A stretch of DNA of 64,000 nucleotides from a virus, in IMG/VR virus record IMGVR_UViG_3300009593_000014, positions 21,155 through 85,154 of that record; one strand, 5' to 3'. The position numbers were made by a program, and so were the translations under genes. Below the pieces are notes generated by a model. It was given only the letters and a program-made list of their open reading frames with translations, was not told where the DNA came from and did no database searches. Positions 19,477 through 29,897 of this stretch are shown here, in pieces (position 1 is the stretch's first letter; each line of letters begins with the position of its first letter).

Positions 19477-21039
19477 TTATCCAATTACCACTACTTCGTA
19501 ATCAGTTCCAGTAGCAGGTGCAGAACCAAAATCTATGGTCAATGCACTAGTACTAGTGTGTTTAATGTCTACCTCAACCTCAGCATATGGGCTAGCAGAA
19601 GCATATACAGAAACTATAACGCTTCTAGTGCCCAAGCTGTGAGTGACGGTGTGACTGGTAGTAGTGTCATCACCGGACAGGGTTGCGGTATATCTTGTCA
19701 TAAAGCCAAGACTTGTTTTTGCCGCAGCAGTTGTGGTAGCGTTTGTACCACCATTAGCTACAGGCAGTGTGCCAGTAATATCAGATGTTACATCAATCGT
19801 ATCACGATTAAGAACACCGCTAGACAAAGTAAGGCCTGTGCCTGCAATGGAAGAAGCAACCTTTAGTCCAGACCCACCCACGGACAAGCCGGGATTGGAA
19901 TCAAGATCTATAGCTAATTCATTTCCACTCTTTGAAAGGCCATTTCCTGCAGAAATAGTTGTTGCAGAAGTAAACTTAGTCCAAGTAAGCGAAGTGGTTC
20001 CTAGAGTTATAGGACCATTAGTTGTTAAAACATATTGTGTATCTCCGTTTGCTGTTCCTTCGTTAATCCAACAGAAAGAACCCGGCACAGAGTCTGCACT
20101 GGCGTTAAAGTCAGCTGATCTTGTACCTGCTCCTGAAGCTACGACATCGTAGATGCCGTTTTCGGAAGCGGTTGACTGATCTTTAAGCAATACACGATCA
20201 CCAGTTGCAAGAGTAACACCATCTATGGTGTCTCCGTTCTGGAGATCGGTTGAAATAGTTATTGCAGCAGTGGTTGCAACACGAACAGGCTCTTTAACAG
20301 TTAGCCCCTCTTTTGTTGAATCTACATAAGATTTTGTTGCTGCGTCAGAATCAGAGGTTGGAGTTCCAACACTTGTGACTCTTTGAGAGTTAAACGATAC
20401 CGCAGAAGTTGGAGCAGCCATCTCATCAAGCCTGCTAGTTACCACCTGAGTATCGAAATCAGATATGGTACTTGCTGTTTGCGTTCCGGTATGGTTTGCT
20501 CTAGCAAGATAGTGCGTTCCTTCCTCTCCGTCTAATTTGTCAGCATCAAGAGCAGAGCTTGCGCCATCAACTCCTGTTAGGAGAGATAGAATCTCCGCTC
20601 CTGTCTGATCTGCTGTGGCTCCGTCTTCAACATTAAGCAATGTTCGGACCTCAGCAAGAGTTTTAGTTACAGGGGTGTCATCCGAGGCTGCATATAAAAA
20701 TGTGCCAGCATCAAAGTCTGACTCCATTACTGCCCCCGCAGCGTTTACGTTTGTTGAGTTAGTCGCATCAGCACTTGATGCAACCCCATCTAGTTTTGTT
20801 TTGTCGCTTGATGACATCAACCCATCTACCGAAGTAGTGGCTGCATCGCGGTTTACATACACCCAAGCGCCATTCGCTCTTAAGTATAGTTTGTTATCTC
20901 CCGAATCGTAGTATATTTGACCATTAGATGGAGACCCGGGCGCTGTGCCTAAGCTTTGCACAACTGCATTTCTAAGTTCATTTTTGTTTAGATCCAAATA
21001 GGACTCTAAATCTATTGGTACTAAAAATTTCTTTGCCAT
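19477..21039 (-). CDS. Minor tail/fibre-like structural protein
   Basis: DAATKSYVD, VRVATTA..DGVTL..GDRVLLKDQ..ENGIY and VTHSLGT motifs. Confidence 0.75.
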   Translation of the reverse strand: MAKKFLVPIDLESYLDLNKNELRNAVVQSLGTAPGSPSNGQIYYDSGDNKLYLRANGAWVYVNRDAATTSVDGLMSSSDKTKLDGVASSADATNSTNVNAAGAVMESDFDAGTFLYAASDDTPVTKTLAEVRTLLNVEDGATADQTGAEILSLLTGVDGASSALDADKLDGEEGTHYLARANHTGTQTASTISDFDTQVVTSRLDEMAAPTSAVSFNSQRVTSVGTPTSDSDAATKSYVDSTKEGLTVKEPVRVATTAAITISTDLQNGDTIDGVTLATGDRVLLKDQSTASENGIYDVVASGAGTRSADFNASADSVPGSFCWINEGTANGDTQYVLTTNGPITLGTTSLTWTKFTSATTISAGNGLSKSGNELAIDLDSNPGLSVGGSGLKVASSIAGTGLTLSSGVLNRDTIDVTSDITGTLPVANGGTNATTTAAAKTSLGFMTRYTATLSGDDTTTSHTVTHSLGTRSVIVSVYASASPYAEVEVDIKHTSTSALTIDFGSAPATGTDYEVVVIG

Positions 21040-21047
21040 TGTTCCTC

Positions 21048-21611
21048 CTAAATAATAATAGCCTTACCAGCGAATGCGTTTTCAAAAGTAACCACAACTT
21101 GATCAAGTGAGGTGTATGATATATCACCGATAACGTGCGTTCCTGCAGAATCTAAAACATCTACAGATGGATATCGCCCCTGATTATGATTAATCGTCCA
21201 TGTTGATGCAGAAGATGACTGATCAAATACTGTTGTAGAATTAGTAGAAGGGCCAGCCTCAAGTTGAAAATTGAGGATAGCTGCTTCAGTCGTACCAGTA
21301 TTTGTGACAGAACTTCCTACACCACTTGCAACGGTAGATGTTGTTCCTATAGTAATAGTCGCAACTTCACCGCGCGGTCCCTGTGGTCCTGTATCAACTG
21401 CTGTTAATACTTCTCTAGGGGCGGTTGACTCTAGATTTTTAGCGCCATCCTCCACAACGAGAGTTTCGCGGACCTCAGTTATTGAGAGAGTGTTATTGTC
21501 TTCAACTATGTTAAGAGTTTTTGCAGGTTCTTCTACAACGACTGTTTTATCATCTGCGATAACGGTCATTGTTTCTGCTATTTCATTAACTACGATACTT
21601 GTATCAGACAT
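21048..21611 (-). CDS. Structural protein with short collagen-like GPQGPRG
   Basis: C-terminal WTINHN.GRYPSV. Confidence 0.65.
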   Translation of the reverse strand: MSDTSIVVNEIAETMTVIADDKTVVVEEPAKTLNIVEDNNTLSITEVRETLVVEDGAKNLESTAPREVLTAVDTGPQGPRGEVATITIGTTSTVASGVGSSVTNTGTTEAAILNFQLEAGPSTNSTTVFDQSSSASTWTINHNQGRYPSVDVLDSAGTHVIGDISYTSLDQVVVTFENAFAGKAIII

Positions 21612-21955
21612 TACTTAGTAACCTCCGGCGTGATACTTACATTACCCTGAAGCAGTCTTGTGACAGTCCCATCAGAAGCAACTATCTCTAAGTCATAAAC
21701 ACCAGAGTTTGGAGCGGCAAGTGCCGCTGTTGCTGTTGCGCTTATCGTAACAACGATAACACCATTGGAAGCTAAAGTAATATCTCCACCAGCACTTGTT
21801 AAACTAACTAAAGTGCTTGAAGCATCATAGCTTGATCGAACCATCATACGCGCAGTATGTGTACTTAAGTCAACAGCATTACCACCGGACTTATAAGTAA
21901 AAGTTTTAGAAAACGTTGCACCCTGATCGATTGTTAGATTATAGTTAAAAGACAT
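21611..21955 (-). CDS. Ig-like/BppU-like structural protein
   Basis: NLTIDQGATF..VYDLE..RLLQG.V..PEVT. Confidence 0.7.
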   Translation of the reverse strand: MSFNYNLTIDQGATFSKTFTYKSGGNAVDLSTHTARMMVRSSYDASSTLVSLTSAGGDITLASNGVIVVTISATATAALAAPNSGVYDLEIVASDGTVTRLLQGNVSITPEVTK

Positions 21956-21998
21956 AATACTGTTATTATACCATTTTGTGGTTTTTTTACCAAAAGAA

Positions 21999-22376
21999 TT
22001 AGTCCAAACTAATTTGCAAATCGTTAGCTTGAATTGTAAACGTATCGCCAGACGTTACTGAAGCGGAGGATGTTAGCGCTCCATGAAACAAAAGATTACC
22101 AGTTGTTGCGTGGTCAAATACCCCCACATGTGAAACAGTAACAGTAGGCATACTGGTAAAAGAAATTGAACCACTATTTGATATAGTTCCTCCTGAAGCA
22201 GCCGAGAATGTTATACTTTGTCTGTCCACATTAATTTCTGTACCGCCACCAGCGTCAGTAGGTGCGGCACTATAAAGCGCTAAGTACACAGTCGTAGGAC
22301 CGGTGTATGCGCCAGATGAACCCCTCAAAACGTGATCGAGAAGTTCATTTTCCAAATAATTCGTGATGCCAGCCAC
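21999..22376 (-). CDS. Conserved phage structural protein
   Basis: NYLENELLDH..VYLALY..GGTE..HVGVFD..GNLLF motif set. Confidence 0.7.
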   Translation of the reverse strand: MAGITNYLENELLDHVLRGSSGAYTGPTTVYLALYSAAPTDAGGGTEINVDRQSITFSAASGGTISNSGSISFTSMPTVTVSHVGVFDHATTGNLLFHGALTSSASVTSGDTFTIQANDLQISLD

Positions 22377-22381
22377 GATAC

Positions 22382-22651
22382 TTACTCTCCGTAAAATTCT
22401 GTAACAGATTTTTTAGAGGCTTTCTCAAATTGCTCAGTAGCAAGTAGCCTTTCTGCGGCTTCAGCGGGTACAAGTTGATAAGGATGATCTCTTGTGAATT
22501 TAACATCCCCAACGCTATACCCTGCACCATGTCTCATAAACAACATGATCTCTTTAGGAGCGGCAGGCTTTGCAGCAGCTTTGGCAGGTGCCTTGGCAGC
22601 AGGTTTAGCAGCAGGCTTTTTGGTCTCTTCTTTTTTACTTTCTTCAGCCAT
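22382..22651 (-). CDS. Small protein with PAAK-rich N-terminus
   Basis: Start trimmed to MAEESKK; directly downstream of the capsid gene. Confidence 0.65.
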   Translation of the reverse strand: MAEESKKEETKKPAAKPAAKAPAKAAAKPAAPKEIMLFMRHGAGYSVGDVKFTRDHPYQLVPAEAAERLLATEQFEKASKKSVTEFYGE

Positions 22652-22698
22652 AATTAAAATGATAGCACAGTAGAACATTAATAGCAACGCAGAAATTG

Positions 22699-22729
22699 AA
22701 AAACCCCCACCTTTCGATGGGGGCCTTTC
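22699..22729 (-). terminator. Intrinsic terminator after capsid gene
   Basis: CCCCCA...TGGGGG hairpin followed by a minus-strand T-run. Confidence 0.75.
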
Positions 22730-22751
22730 GTAAATTATAAACTAGTTACAA

Positions 22752-23777
22752 TTAAGCTGCTCTAATTCCTACGTTCTTAGCGATTACATAAGAATCTGCA
22801 TTTTCAATGTTTGCAGCCATGCGAGTAAACTGTGTAAACTCAATGGTATCTTTCTTTGGCTTGAATTCACGATAAAGTGTGATTTCACGCTGTATACCCA
22901 CAACATGATTGTTGGGGAATGTTAATGAAATATAACCATGGTTACCAGATGCACCTGAGTGATCACCTGTAACAGTTTCAGGCATAAGTGGAATTTCTAC
23001 TAGAGGAATTCCGAATGGAGCGAGACCAGTTGAACCCGGTCCTCCATTTGCGCCTGCTCCGCCTTGCATTAAACGGTCACCATAGGTTGATCCGGGTGAC
23101 GGTGCACCTTCGGCTCCTGCGGTTGTTGCGTTTGGTGCTTGCATTGACCAGATTGTGTCCTGAACAATACCCGGACCAGCAAAGAACCGAAGTTCATTGC
23201 GGCGTTGGAGGTATTTGTTAGGAAGATTCCGAAGAATCCTATCAAATACTGATCTGCTAGAGTTGTCTCCAGCCTCATCTACGGTTGTTCCGCTAGCTTT
23301 TCCAAGTTTCACGAAACCATCAAGTGCTTTAAGCAAAGCATTTGCTGATGTGGTGTCACCATTGATGAGCAAGTCATCTAAGTCGTTTGACGTTTGACGC
23401 GCCATAACTTGAGCGAGATGATCCTCAAGGGAATCACCTTCGATGTTATCCTCAAGGGATTCGGTGCTTACTTCCCAGTCAAGACGTAGCTTAACTGTGG
23501 AAAGAGCAACCTTTGAAAAGGTTACTGCTGCGTTTGCACCAGTGTCGCTTGCTTCAGTTGCCTTTGCAAGTAGACGAGTCCCTACTGATACTTTGTCAAT
23601 CTCCATTGAATCGCTGCGCATACGCACGACTCTAGACTGTTGCATAAGAACAGACTGATCAACAACGAAATCAATAAAGCGGTTAGCTTGTGCTGGTTTT
23701 AATATACCACCTGAAGCATTTCCTACCACGGAGGTAGTTACTTCGTTTGCTTTTTGAAGTAGTTCTTCATTTGCCAT
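22752..23777 (-). CDS. Major capsid protein (HK97 fold)
   Basis: GGIL.P.QA..F, STESLEDNIEG and DLDDLLINGD motifs; strong SD; follows the protease gene. Confidence 0.92.
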   Translation of the reverse strand: MANEELLQKANEVTTSVVGNASGGILKPAQANRFIDFVVDQSVLMQQSRVVRMRSDSMEIDKVSVGTRLLAKATEASDTGANAAVTFSKVALSTVKLRLDWEVSTESLEDNIEGDSLEDHLAQVMARQTSNDLDDLLINGDTTSANALLKALDGFVKLGKASGTTVDEAGDNSSRSVFDRILRNLPNKYLQRRNELRFFAGPGIVQDTIWSMQAPNATTAGAEGAPSPGSTYGDRLMQGGAGANGGPGSTGLAPFGIPLVEIPLMPETVTGDHSGASGNHGYISLTFPNNHVVGIQREITLYREFKPKKDTIEFTQFTRMAANIENADSYVIAKNVGIRAA

Positions 23778-23789
23778 TATTATTTCCTC

Positions 23790-25166
23790 CTATGACCTGT
23801 ATCCAAGAGACTTAATTAGATCTTGAGGGAGGAAGAGGTTACCCCAAAAGGCACTCTCTTCTTCAGCAGCTTTTTCAATAACTGCTTCATCATCATCTAT
23901 TTCACTCTCGTCAACACTTTTTTTAATTGCACCGGCATTTTCGACTGTTTCGACTCGTGAGTCAACGTCCTCGACACGCTCGGTGACTTCTTTTGTTACT
24001 TCTTCGATTTTTTCTTCAATCTCAGTTTGATTCTTGCTTACTGTTTCAGTGACTTCAGCTAGCTTTTCTTCGATCAAAGCCTCTACTTTTTCGTTTGAGG
24101 CTTCTGCGAAACTAGCTAGTTTCTCATCAATGACAGTACCAAGAGCCATAGTAATTTCTTCGATATTCATACTATCTCCTTCATCAATATCGTCTGCTTT
24201 AAGCTCAATTTCATCTTGTACCTCAACAGACTTTTCTACTTCCAATAGAGATTCATCACTTGCGCTGATTAGATCTTCCTCTGGAATATCATTTAGCCAA
24301 GTCATAAACCTCCTCAAAAGTGAGATCTTTTCGTTAGATTGTTCATCTAAACTGTTTTCAGACACAACATCTTCAACTGGGGTATCTTTTGATAGCTCAG
24401 CCTCAGTAGTAGTGTCAGTTTCTACGTTGTCCATGTCTTGAACTGTAGCAGAATTATCATTTAATTGCAACTTTTCTGCAACATTTGACTCATCTTCTTC
24501 TGAACTTTCTGATTTACAGTCGCAACCGCCTTCGCTGTCACACTGACAATCGGACCCACATGAGCAATCTCCACTCACAGGCTCTCCTTCATCAGATTTA
24601 ATATCAGTTACGCATACAGTCGTATCGCCAATCTTATAGCATTCTCCATCCACAACGTCAAGAGCATACTGTAGACCTGTCTCGTCAGATTTAACTAACG
24701 TAATGTTGGCGGCAGGGTTTGCTGGATTGTCAACTAAACTTAGTTCACCTAGTTCATAATCAGTAATAACACTGATGGGTTGTCCACGGAATTCTTTGGT
24801 TTCATCAAACTCCCTTTCTAGAACACGACCACCAATAGAAAAAGAACTTAACGTTCCATCCAATACTTTCTCCCAAGTGCTTTGAGCACCTTTGGAGATA
24901 TAAGCTGAAACTTCAATCCCTTTAAAATTAGCACCATTATGATTTATATCCACAGGGCGATGCCCTACTGCTTTACCAACGGCGAGCGGCTGATGCATTT
25001 CGCGGATATTGCCTTGCCAATTGTCAAAAGCCTTAACGGACGCGTCGAAACCAACAACATCTCCAGACTTATCTATATTGTCAGACGTAGCAATACCCAC
25101 AACTATTCTTTCCTCTTTCTTAATCATAGAAATTGGAAACATTAGTTGTAATTTATTATCATGCAT
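23790..25166 (-). CDS. Prohead protease (XkdF-like) fused to acidic scaffold
   Basis: IREMH, GTLSSFSIGG, ELSLVDNPANP; acidic coiled-coil C-terminus. Confidence 0.88.
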   Translation of the reverse strand: MHDNKLQLMFPISMIKKEERIVVGIATSDNIDKSGDVVGFDASVKAFDNWQGNIREMHQPLAVGKAVGHRPVDINHNGANFKGIEVSAYISKGAQSTWEKVLDGTLSSFSIGGRVLEREFDETKEFRGQPISVITDYELGELSLVDNPANPAANITLVKSDETGLQYALDVVDGECYKIGDTTVCVTDIKSDEGEPVSGDCSCGSDCQCDSEGGCDCKSESSEEDESNVAEKLQLNDNSATVQDMDNVETDTTTEAELSKDTPVEDVVSENSLDEQSNEKISLLRRFMTWLNDIPEEDLISASDESLLEVEKSVEVQDEIELKADDIDEGDSMNIEEITMALGTVIDEKLASFAEASNEKVEALIEEKLAEVTETVSKNQTEIEEKIEEVTKEVTERVEDVDSRVETVENAGAIKKSVDESEIDDDEAVIEKAAEEESAFWGNLFLPQDLIKSLGYRS

Positions 25167-25225
25167 AATTGCCTCCTTATAAAGCTACAATTTTTAGCAT
25201 ACCATAAAAATGGCTTTAATTACAA

Positions 25226-25483
25226 TTATCCCACAGCGTACATGGCTATGGTAACTGATGCTGTTGTAACCTCAAATTTAGTATAATCACCGGGGACGCA
25301 CACATAGGTTGTCCCACCTGCAGGAATCAACACTGATCTGTTACCATTCAGCTTCACGGAAGCTGCGGTAGAAGCATGTGTATTATGGAAATATATTGCG
25401 CTAGTGTGATGAGATAAGCTTACCTCACCATCAGTACTAGCGACTGCTGTGTCTGAATATACTATTGTACTATTTGTGTACAT
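25226..25483 (-). CDS. Hypothetical beta-rich protein
   Basis: 85 aa with SD GGAGG. Confidence 0.65.
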   Translation of the reverse strand: MYTNSTIVYSDTAVASTDGEVSLSHHTSAIYFHNTHASTAASVKLNGNRSVLIPAGGTTYVCVPGDYTKFEVTTASVTIAMYAVG

Positions 25484-25497
25484 ATTCTCCTCCTATA

Positions 25498-27153
25498 TTA
25501 ATCTCTTTCTCGTGGTTGGCTAGATTCTTGACCGGAACCTCGGTCTTCTCTTTCGCCATCACTTGCTGAGTCATCTCCTCTTGGTGGTTCAGAAGCATTA
25601 CTGTTCCCCTCTGGAGCGCCCTCTGGCTTTTTTGGTTCTTTTTCTTCGATGTCTTCTCCTGTAAATGGATCAACGCCAGTTTGCATTAGCAAGTCCATTT
25701 CTTTAAGAACACTTGGGTATGGTAGAACATCATCACCATCTTCCCTGTCTGGTAGTCCGAGAGACTCACGCACCTCGTTGGGTGATATGACAGCAGTGCG
25801 AAGATATCTTTCACGAATCTTTGACTGCACATCTTCGTCTACCAAGTCGATCTGTTCAAATTCAAACTCAACAAGGTCAGTAAATTCCTTAATTATTTGA
25901 TTGATCTTTTTTTCAATAATCTTCTGATCGGGACCCACGACCTGTACCTTGAATGTTTTGTCTGCATCTCTAGATACAGCGAGGTTTGCGTTGTCGTAAA
26001 CCCCCACTTTAGGAGCAGGTACCCTATTAGCTACCAGAATCTCATCACGATTTGATTTTCTAAACTTGTCGAACGAAGCGTCTTGTACGGTATTTTCTAG
26101 CTTTTCAAACCTTAAATCAACGTCACCGCCTAAAGACGCAGGGAGAGGAACAATAAGGGTTCCATGGTTCCTTCCTTTTACTTCTGTTCTAAAATAATTA
26201 ACAAGTTCTTGTTTAGACTTGTTACTTAATTTGGCCCCTTTAAGAATGATAGCATATCTTGGGATAGCTTTATTTTCAAAGTAGTCAATATTGTAATTCT
26301 TGGCGTACTTGTCTCCAAGGATTGCCCCAATAGCAGTGACTGCAGATGGGACTCCGTAGTAGTTGTTTCTTGGAGAGTAGGCTTTGAAATGGATAATTTC
26401 ATTTGGTCTTGCGTCCCCATTTATTGGATCGGCAGTTTCTAGATCCTGAAAGTTCCTAAAGAACACGGACTGTAGCTTTGCATGCTTTGCCATTTGGACG
26501 TAACCATCACGAGTTCTTCTAACTCTGATGTTCAGAGCAGGAACGTGACCTATGTAGCCGATACTTCCAGAGTTAGTTCTGCCAATCTCTAGATACGCAT
26601 TGCCCACTGTTAAGTAGTCAGTCCATAGTTTTATCATCATCTCTACAAAAGTGTCGTCAGAGTTTGACTCATCAAATAAATGATTTAATTTCTTTCTCTC
26701 ACGAGCAATATCTTGACGAACTCTTTCAGATTTTGCGTCAGTGTCTGCTTTTTCAATTCTACGCTTGGTTTTTTCGGAGTTACCAAACCTAAACCCTAAT
26801 GCAACAGTATTTGCTACTCTTGCATTTATAGCCGCATAATGAGATGTATTAGTCTCATACAAGTCAGCTAGTATATTTAAATCATGAGGTGGTTCAACAA
26901 CATCATACAAAGCGTATCCATCAAGAGATTGTGGATCTACATACTTAGAAGAAGAGTCAATACCTGTATTGGCTTTCTTCTCTAGTCTTTGTATTTTTCT
27001 TTTCATCTTTACTGATTGCCTCTTCGGGTCAATCTTTTTAAAAGAGTCTGTTGTTACAACCTCAGACCGAACCTGATGATACGTTACATCATCGATTTCA
27101 ACCTCGGAATCTTCATCATCTTCAATAAAAGAAGTTTTAATCATATCACTCAT
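25498..27153 (-). CDS. Portal protein
   Basis: NEIIHF..YYGVP..YFENKAIP, ANRVP and ISPNEVRE.LGLP motifs. Confidence 0.92.
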   Translation of the reverse strand: MSDMIKTSFIEDDEDSEVEIDDVTYHQVRSEVVTTDSFKKIDPKRQSVKMKRKIQRLEKKANTGIDSSSKYVDPQSLDGYALYDVVEPPHDLNILADLYETNTSHYAAINARVANTVALGFRFGNSEKTKRRIEKADTDAKSERVRQDIARERKKLNHLFDESNSDDTFVEMMIKLWTDYLTVGNAYLEIGRTNSGSIGYIGHVPALNIRVRRTRDGYVQMAKHAKLQSVFFRNFQDLETADPINGDARPNEIIHFKAYSPRNNYYGVPSAVTAIGAILGDKYAKNYNIDYFENKAIPRYAIILKGAKLSNKSKQELVNYFRTEVKGRNHGTLIVPLPASLGGDVDLRFEKLENTVQDASFDKFRKSNRDEILVANRVPAPKVGVYDNANLAVSRDADKTFKVQVVGPDQKIIEKKINQIIKEFTDLVEFEFEQIDLVDEDVQSKIRERYLRTAVISPNEVRESLGLPDREDGDDVLPYPSVLKEMDLLMQTGVDPFTGEDIEEKEPKKPEGAPEGNSNASEPPRGDDSASDGEREDRGSGQESSQPRERD

Positions 27154-27497
27154 CCTGTACCTTTTTTCTTATTAGAAAGTGCTATTATAGTATCCTCAAG
27201 TGGGTCAGGAGTTAGACCTTGATTTAGTCTTTCAACCTGATCGTCACGTTCGGATGCCGAAACTTTTCGAGCGCCATCAATCCACATGACTTGACCGTCT
27301 GTTGATCCAGTCCAGTACCTTGCAGCCTCAGCCACATGTTTTTCTACTTTAGGGTCGTTCATCATGCCTTCAGCACACAAATAATTGCCATCTGCATCTG
27401 CAACAATGCCACCATCGGGCATCTTCCACACACATACGCCAAAAGCTGACTGAGGAACATACAATCTTTTGCCATTTTTTATATATTGGTCACTCAT
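27150..27497 (-). CDS. Hypothetical protein coupled to portal
   Basis: ATGA overlap with the portal start. Confidence 0.7.
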   Translation of the reverse strand: MSDQYIKNGKRLYVPQSAFGVCVWKMPDGGIVADADGNYLCAEGMMNDPKVEKHVAEAARYWTGSTDGQVMWIDGARKVSASERDDQVERLNQGLTPDPLEDTIIALSNKKKGTG

Positions 27498-27729
27498 ATC
27501 AAGATAATCTTACCACAATCAATGCAAAAAACCCAACATAAAAGAACAATTAATCATCAATATCTTCATATTCTTCATAAATCAACACAAAAGTTTCAAA
27601 ATGACCAGAATCGGTGGGCATCATGATACTAGGAGGAGGCTCACAATCAAATGTGAACTCAATTTCCTCTTCAATTCCGCATGAATTTTCGTATATATAT
27701 GTTACTAACTCTTCTTTTTCTTTCATACC

Positions 27730-29787
27730 CTACAGGGCGCAAGTCACACAGTCAGGATCATCAATCCTACAAGCTTCAACTTCTTCTACACCATCTTCAG
27801 TAGAATCCATGTTGTTTAGCACTTGTTCTGATCTGGAGTTATCTCTATATATAGTAACCCCTTTGCACCCAAGATCATAAGCAAGACGATACAAACGATC
27901 AGTCTGTTCGACTGTAAAGTCTGAAGGACAGTTTGTTGTCTTGCTGATAGCAGAATCAACCCATCGCTGAACTGCTGCTTGAACAGCGACATGTTCCTCT
28001 GGCTTGAGGTCCATCGCTGTGACGCAGTAGTCTGGAAGATCATTGATGTCCAGACCCATATCGTCAATGACTGGTACGGTTTCAATTTCTGTACCTAGTC
28101 TAGAAGTTCTGGTGTACTGCCAGTTAAAGTAAGGCTCAACACCAGTTGAAGTTCCTTTCATTGTCCCAGTAGTTCCTGTGGGAGCAACGGTTAGTAAGCA
28201 TACGTTTCTTATTCCATGTTCTAGCACTGCATCTCGTACATGCTCGGGCATTCCCTTCATGTATCCTGATTTTAGATATTGTTTTCTATCAAGAGCGGGG
28301 AATGATCCTTTTACTTTTGCAAGTTCTACAGATGCCATGTATGAGGACTCCGATATTGTTTTGAAAAGCTCATCTACAAAGACAAGACCATCAGCAGACC
28401 CATACCGTAATTTCATTCTGACCAATAGTTCTCCAAGCCCCATGACTCCGAGCCCAATTCGACGGTTGCCTTCATGGTTTTCCTTGATTGATTCAAAGTG
28501 GTATTCATTAATGCTAACCACGTTGTCAAGCATACGCACTGCTGACTCAATTACTGTATTGAGCTTTTTCCATTCAAACTCAGGAACACCAGACGAGTCA
28601 TCTACGAATGTAGACAAGTCAAGAGCACCCAGCGTGCAAACACCATAAGCCTCAAGAGGCTGTTCTCCACAAGGATTTGTTGCCACCAAAGGAGCGAAGT
28701 ACCAAGAGTTACTCATCTTGTTTGATCTTTCTAAAAAGTGAAGACCCGGTTCGGCAGAAGCCCATGCGGAAGACACTATTGAATCCCATATTTCTTTGGC
28801 TTGCACTGTTTTATAAACAATCACATTTTTTCCAAGAATATCTCTCCAGTAGGAAATGTTCCCATCCCAAAGGTCATTGAATTCAGGATCTTTTGTATCT
28901 GGAAAGACGAGATCCCATGATTCATTGTTTTTGAGAGCTTCCATGAATCCGTCTGAGATACAAACGGACATATTAGCATTCTCAAACTCTCCTGCGGAGT
29001 GTTTTGCTGATATGAACTCTTCGACATCAGGATGCCAATCGTCAATCATCAGCATTGTTGCGCCGCGCCGTGAACCCCCTTGTTCAATAAGCCCTGTAGA
29101 AAGGTTGAACATCTTTCCCCAAGACACAGCGCCACTAGAGATACCGTTAACCCCGATAACAGGAGCGTAGCGAGGGCGTAAAGAAGAAAGGTTAACACCA
29201 ACCCCTCCACCTCTTGAATGCGTTTCCGCCATTTCTTTGACACGATCAAAAATCCCTCCTCTAGAATCCTCTGGACATGGTAGCACAAAACAGTTTTGAA
29301 GTGTTAGTCCTTTTACACCAGCGCCAGCAAGAATACGTCCACCGGGAATAAAGTGATCAAAAAGAATATCTTTGAAGCCCTGCTCAACCGCCGGTGCGAT
29401 ATCTTCTGACTCACATTGAGATAGAGCCTTGGCAACTCTTGCTTTAACTTGATCAACAGTTGTCTCTAATGGTTTAGATATCAAATCAAAATCAACTTGG
29501 TGAGTATCTCCTTGATAGGTCTTTACAGTCGCAGTGCGATTGGTTTGAGAAACCTCTTGCACTATGGATAGTTCCTTAACAGGCCATTTGGGATCTAAAA
29601 CTACGATAGCTAAAACAAGATCGCCTACAGACAAGTCTCCTTTTTCTGCCTTCAGCGTGTATCTATCTAAAAATATTTTATATCCTTGATACCCGCTCTT
29701 TCTAAAAAACGATGGGATTTTTATCTCCGCATCGTCTTGTAATTCGGTCTCATTAGAGACAGTTGTTGTATAGCCTGTTATAGTCAT
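27730..29787 (-). CDS. nrdJ: Class II (B12-dependent) ribonucleotide reductase
   Basis: GGGVG, TNPCGEQPL, CTLG, APTGT and C-terminal CxxC; no small subunit nearby. Confidence 0.88.
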   Translation of the reverse strand: MTITGYTTTVSNETELQDDAEIKIPSFFRKSGYQGYKIFLDRYTLKAEKGDLSVGDLVLAIVVLDPKWPVKELSIVQEVSQTNRTATVKTYQGDTHQVDFDLISKPLETTVDQVKARVAKALSQCESEDIAPAVEQGFKDILFDHFIPGGRILAGAGVKGLTLQNCFVLPCPEDSRGGIFDRVKEMAETHSRGGGVGVNLSSLRPRYAPVIGVNGISSGAVSWGKMFNLSTGLIEQGGSRRGATMLMIDDWHPDVEEFISAKHSAGEFENANMSVCISDGFMEALKNNESWDLVFPDTKDPEFNDLWDGNISYWRDILGKNVIVYKTVQAKEIWDSIVSSAWASAEPGLHFLERSNKMSNSWYFAPLVATNPCGEQPLEAYGVCTLGALDLSTFVDDSSGVPEFEWKKLNTVIESAVRMLDNVVSINEYHFESIKENHEGNRRIGLGVMGLGELLVRMKLRYGSADGLVFVDELFKTISESSYMASVELAKVKGSFPALDRKQYLKSGYMKGMPEHVRDAVLEHGIRNVCLLTVAPTGTTGTMKGTSTGVEPYFNWQYTRTSRLGTEIETVPVIDDMGLDINDLPDYCVTAMDLKPEEHVAVQAAVQRWVDSAISKTTNCPSDFTVEQTDRLYRLAYDLGCKGVTIYRDNSRSEQVLNNMDSTEDGVEEVEACRIDDPDCVTCAL

Positions 29788-29897
29788 TATTCCTCCTTAA
29801 CGCATCAGAATGATGCTTTTTCAAAACTCTTGTCGAGTGCAGAACTAATATCATATCACCTATGAATTTTTAATCCAATAGTTTTTGAAAAGATTTA

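Noticed and set aside
10878-24441. Plus-strand ORFs opposite the lipoprotein, fibre, capsid and protease genes
   Set aside because: Antisense shadows with Ser/Val-rich composition and no SD.
27730-29787. Intron or intein in RNR
   Set aside because: The ORF is continuous and of normal NrdJ length, with no splicing motifs.
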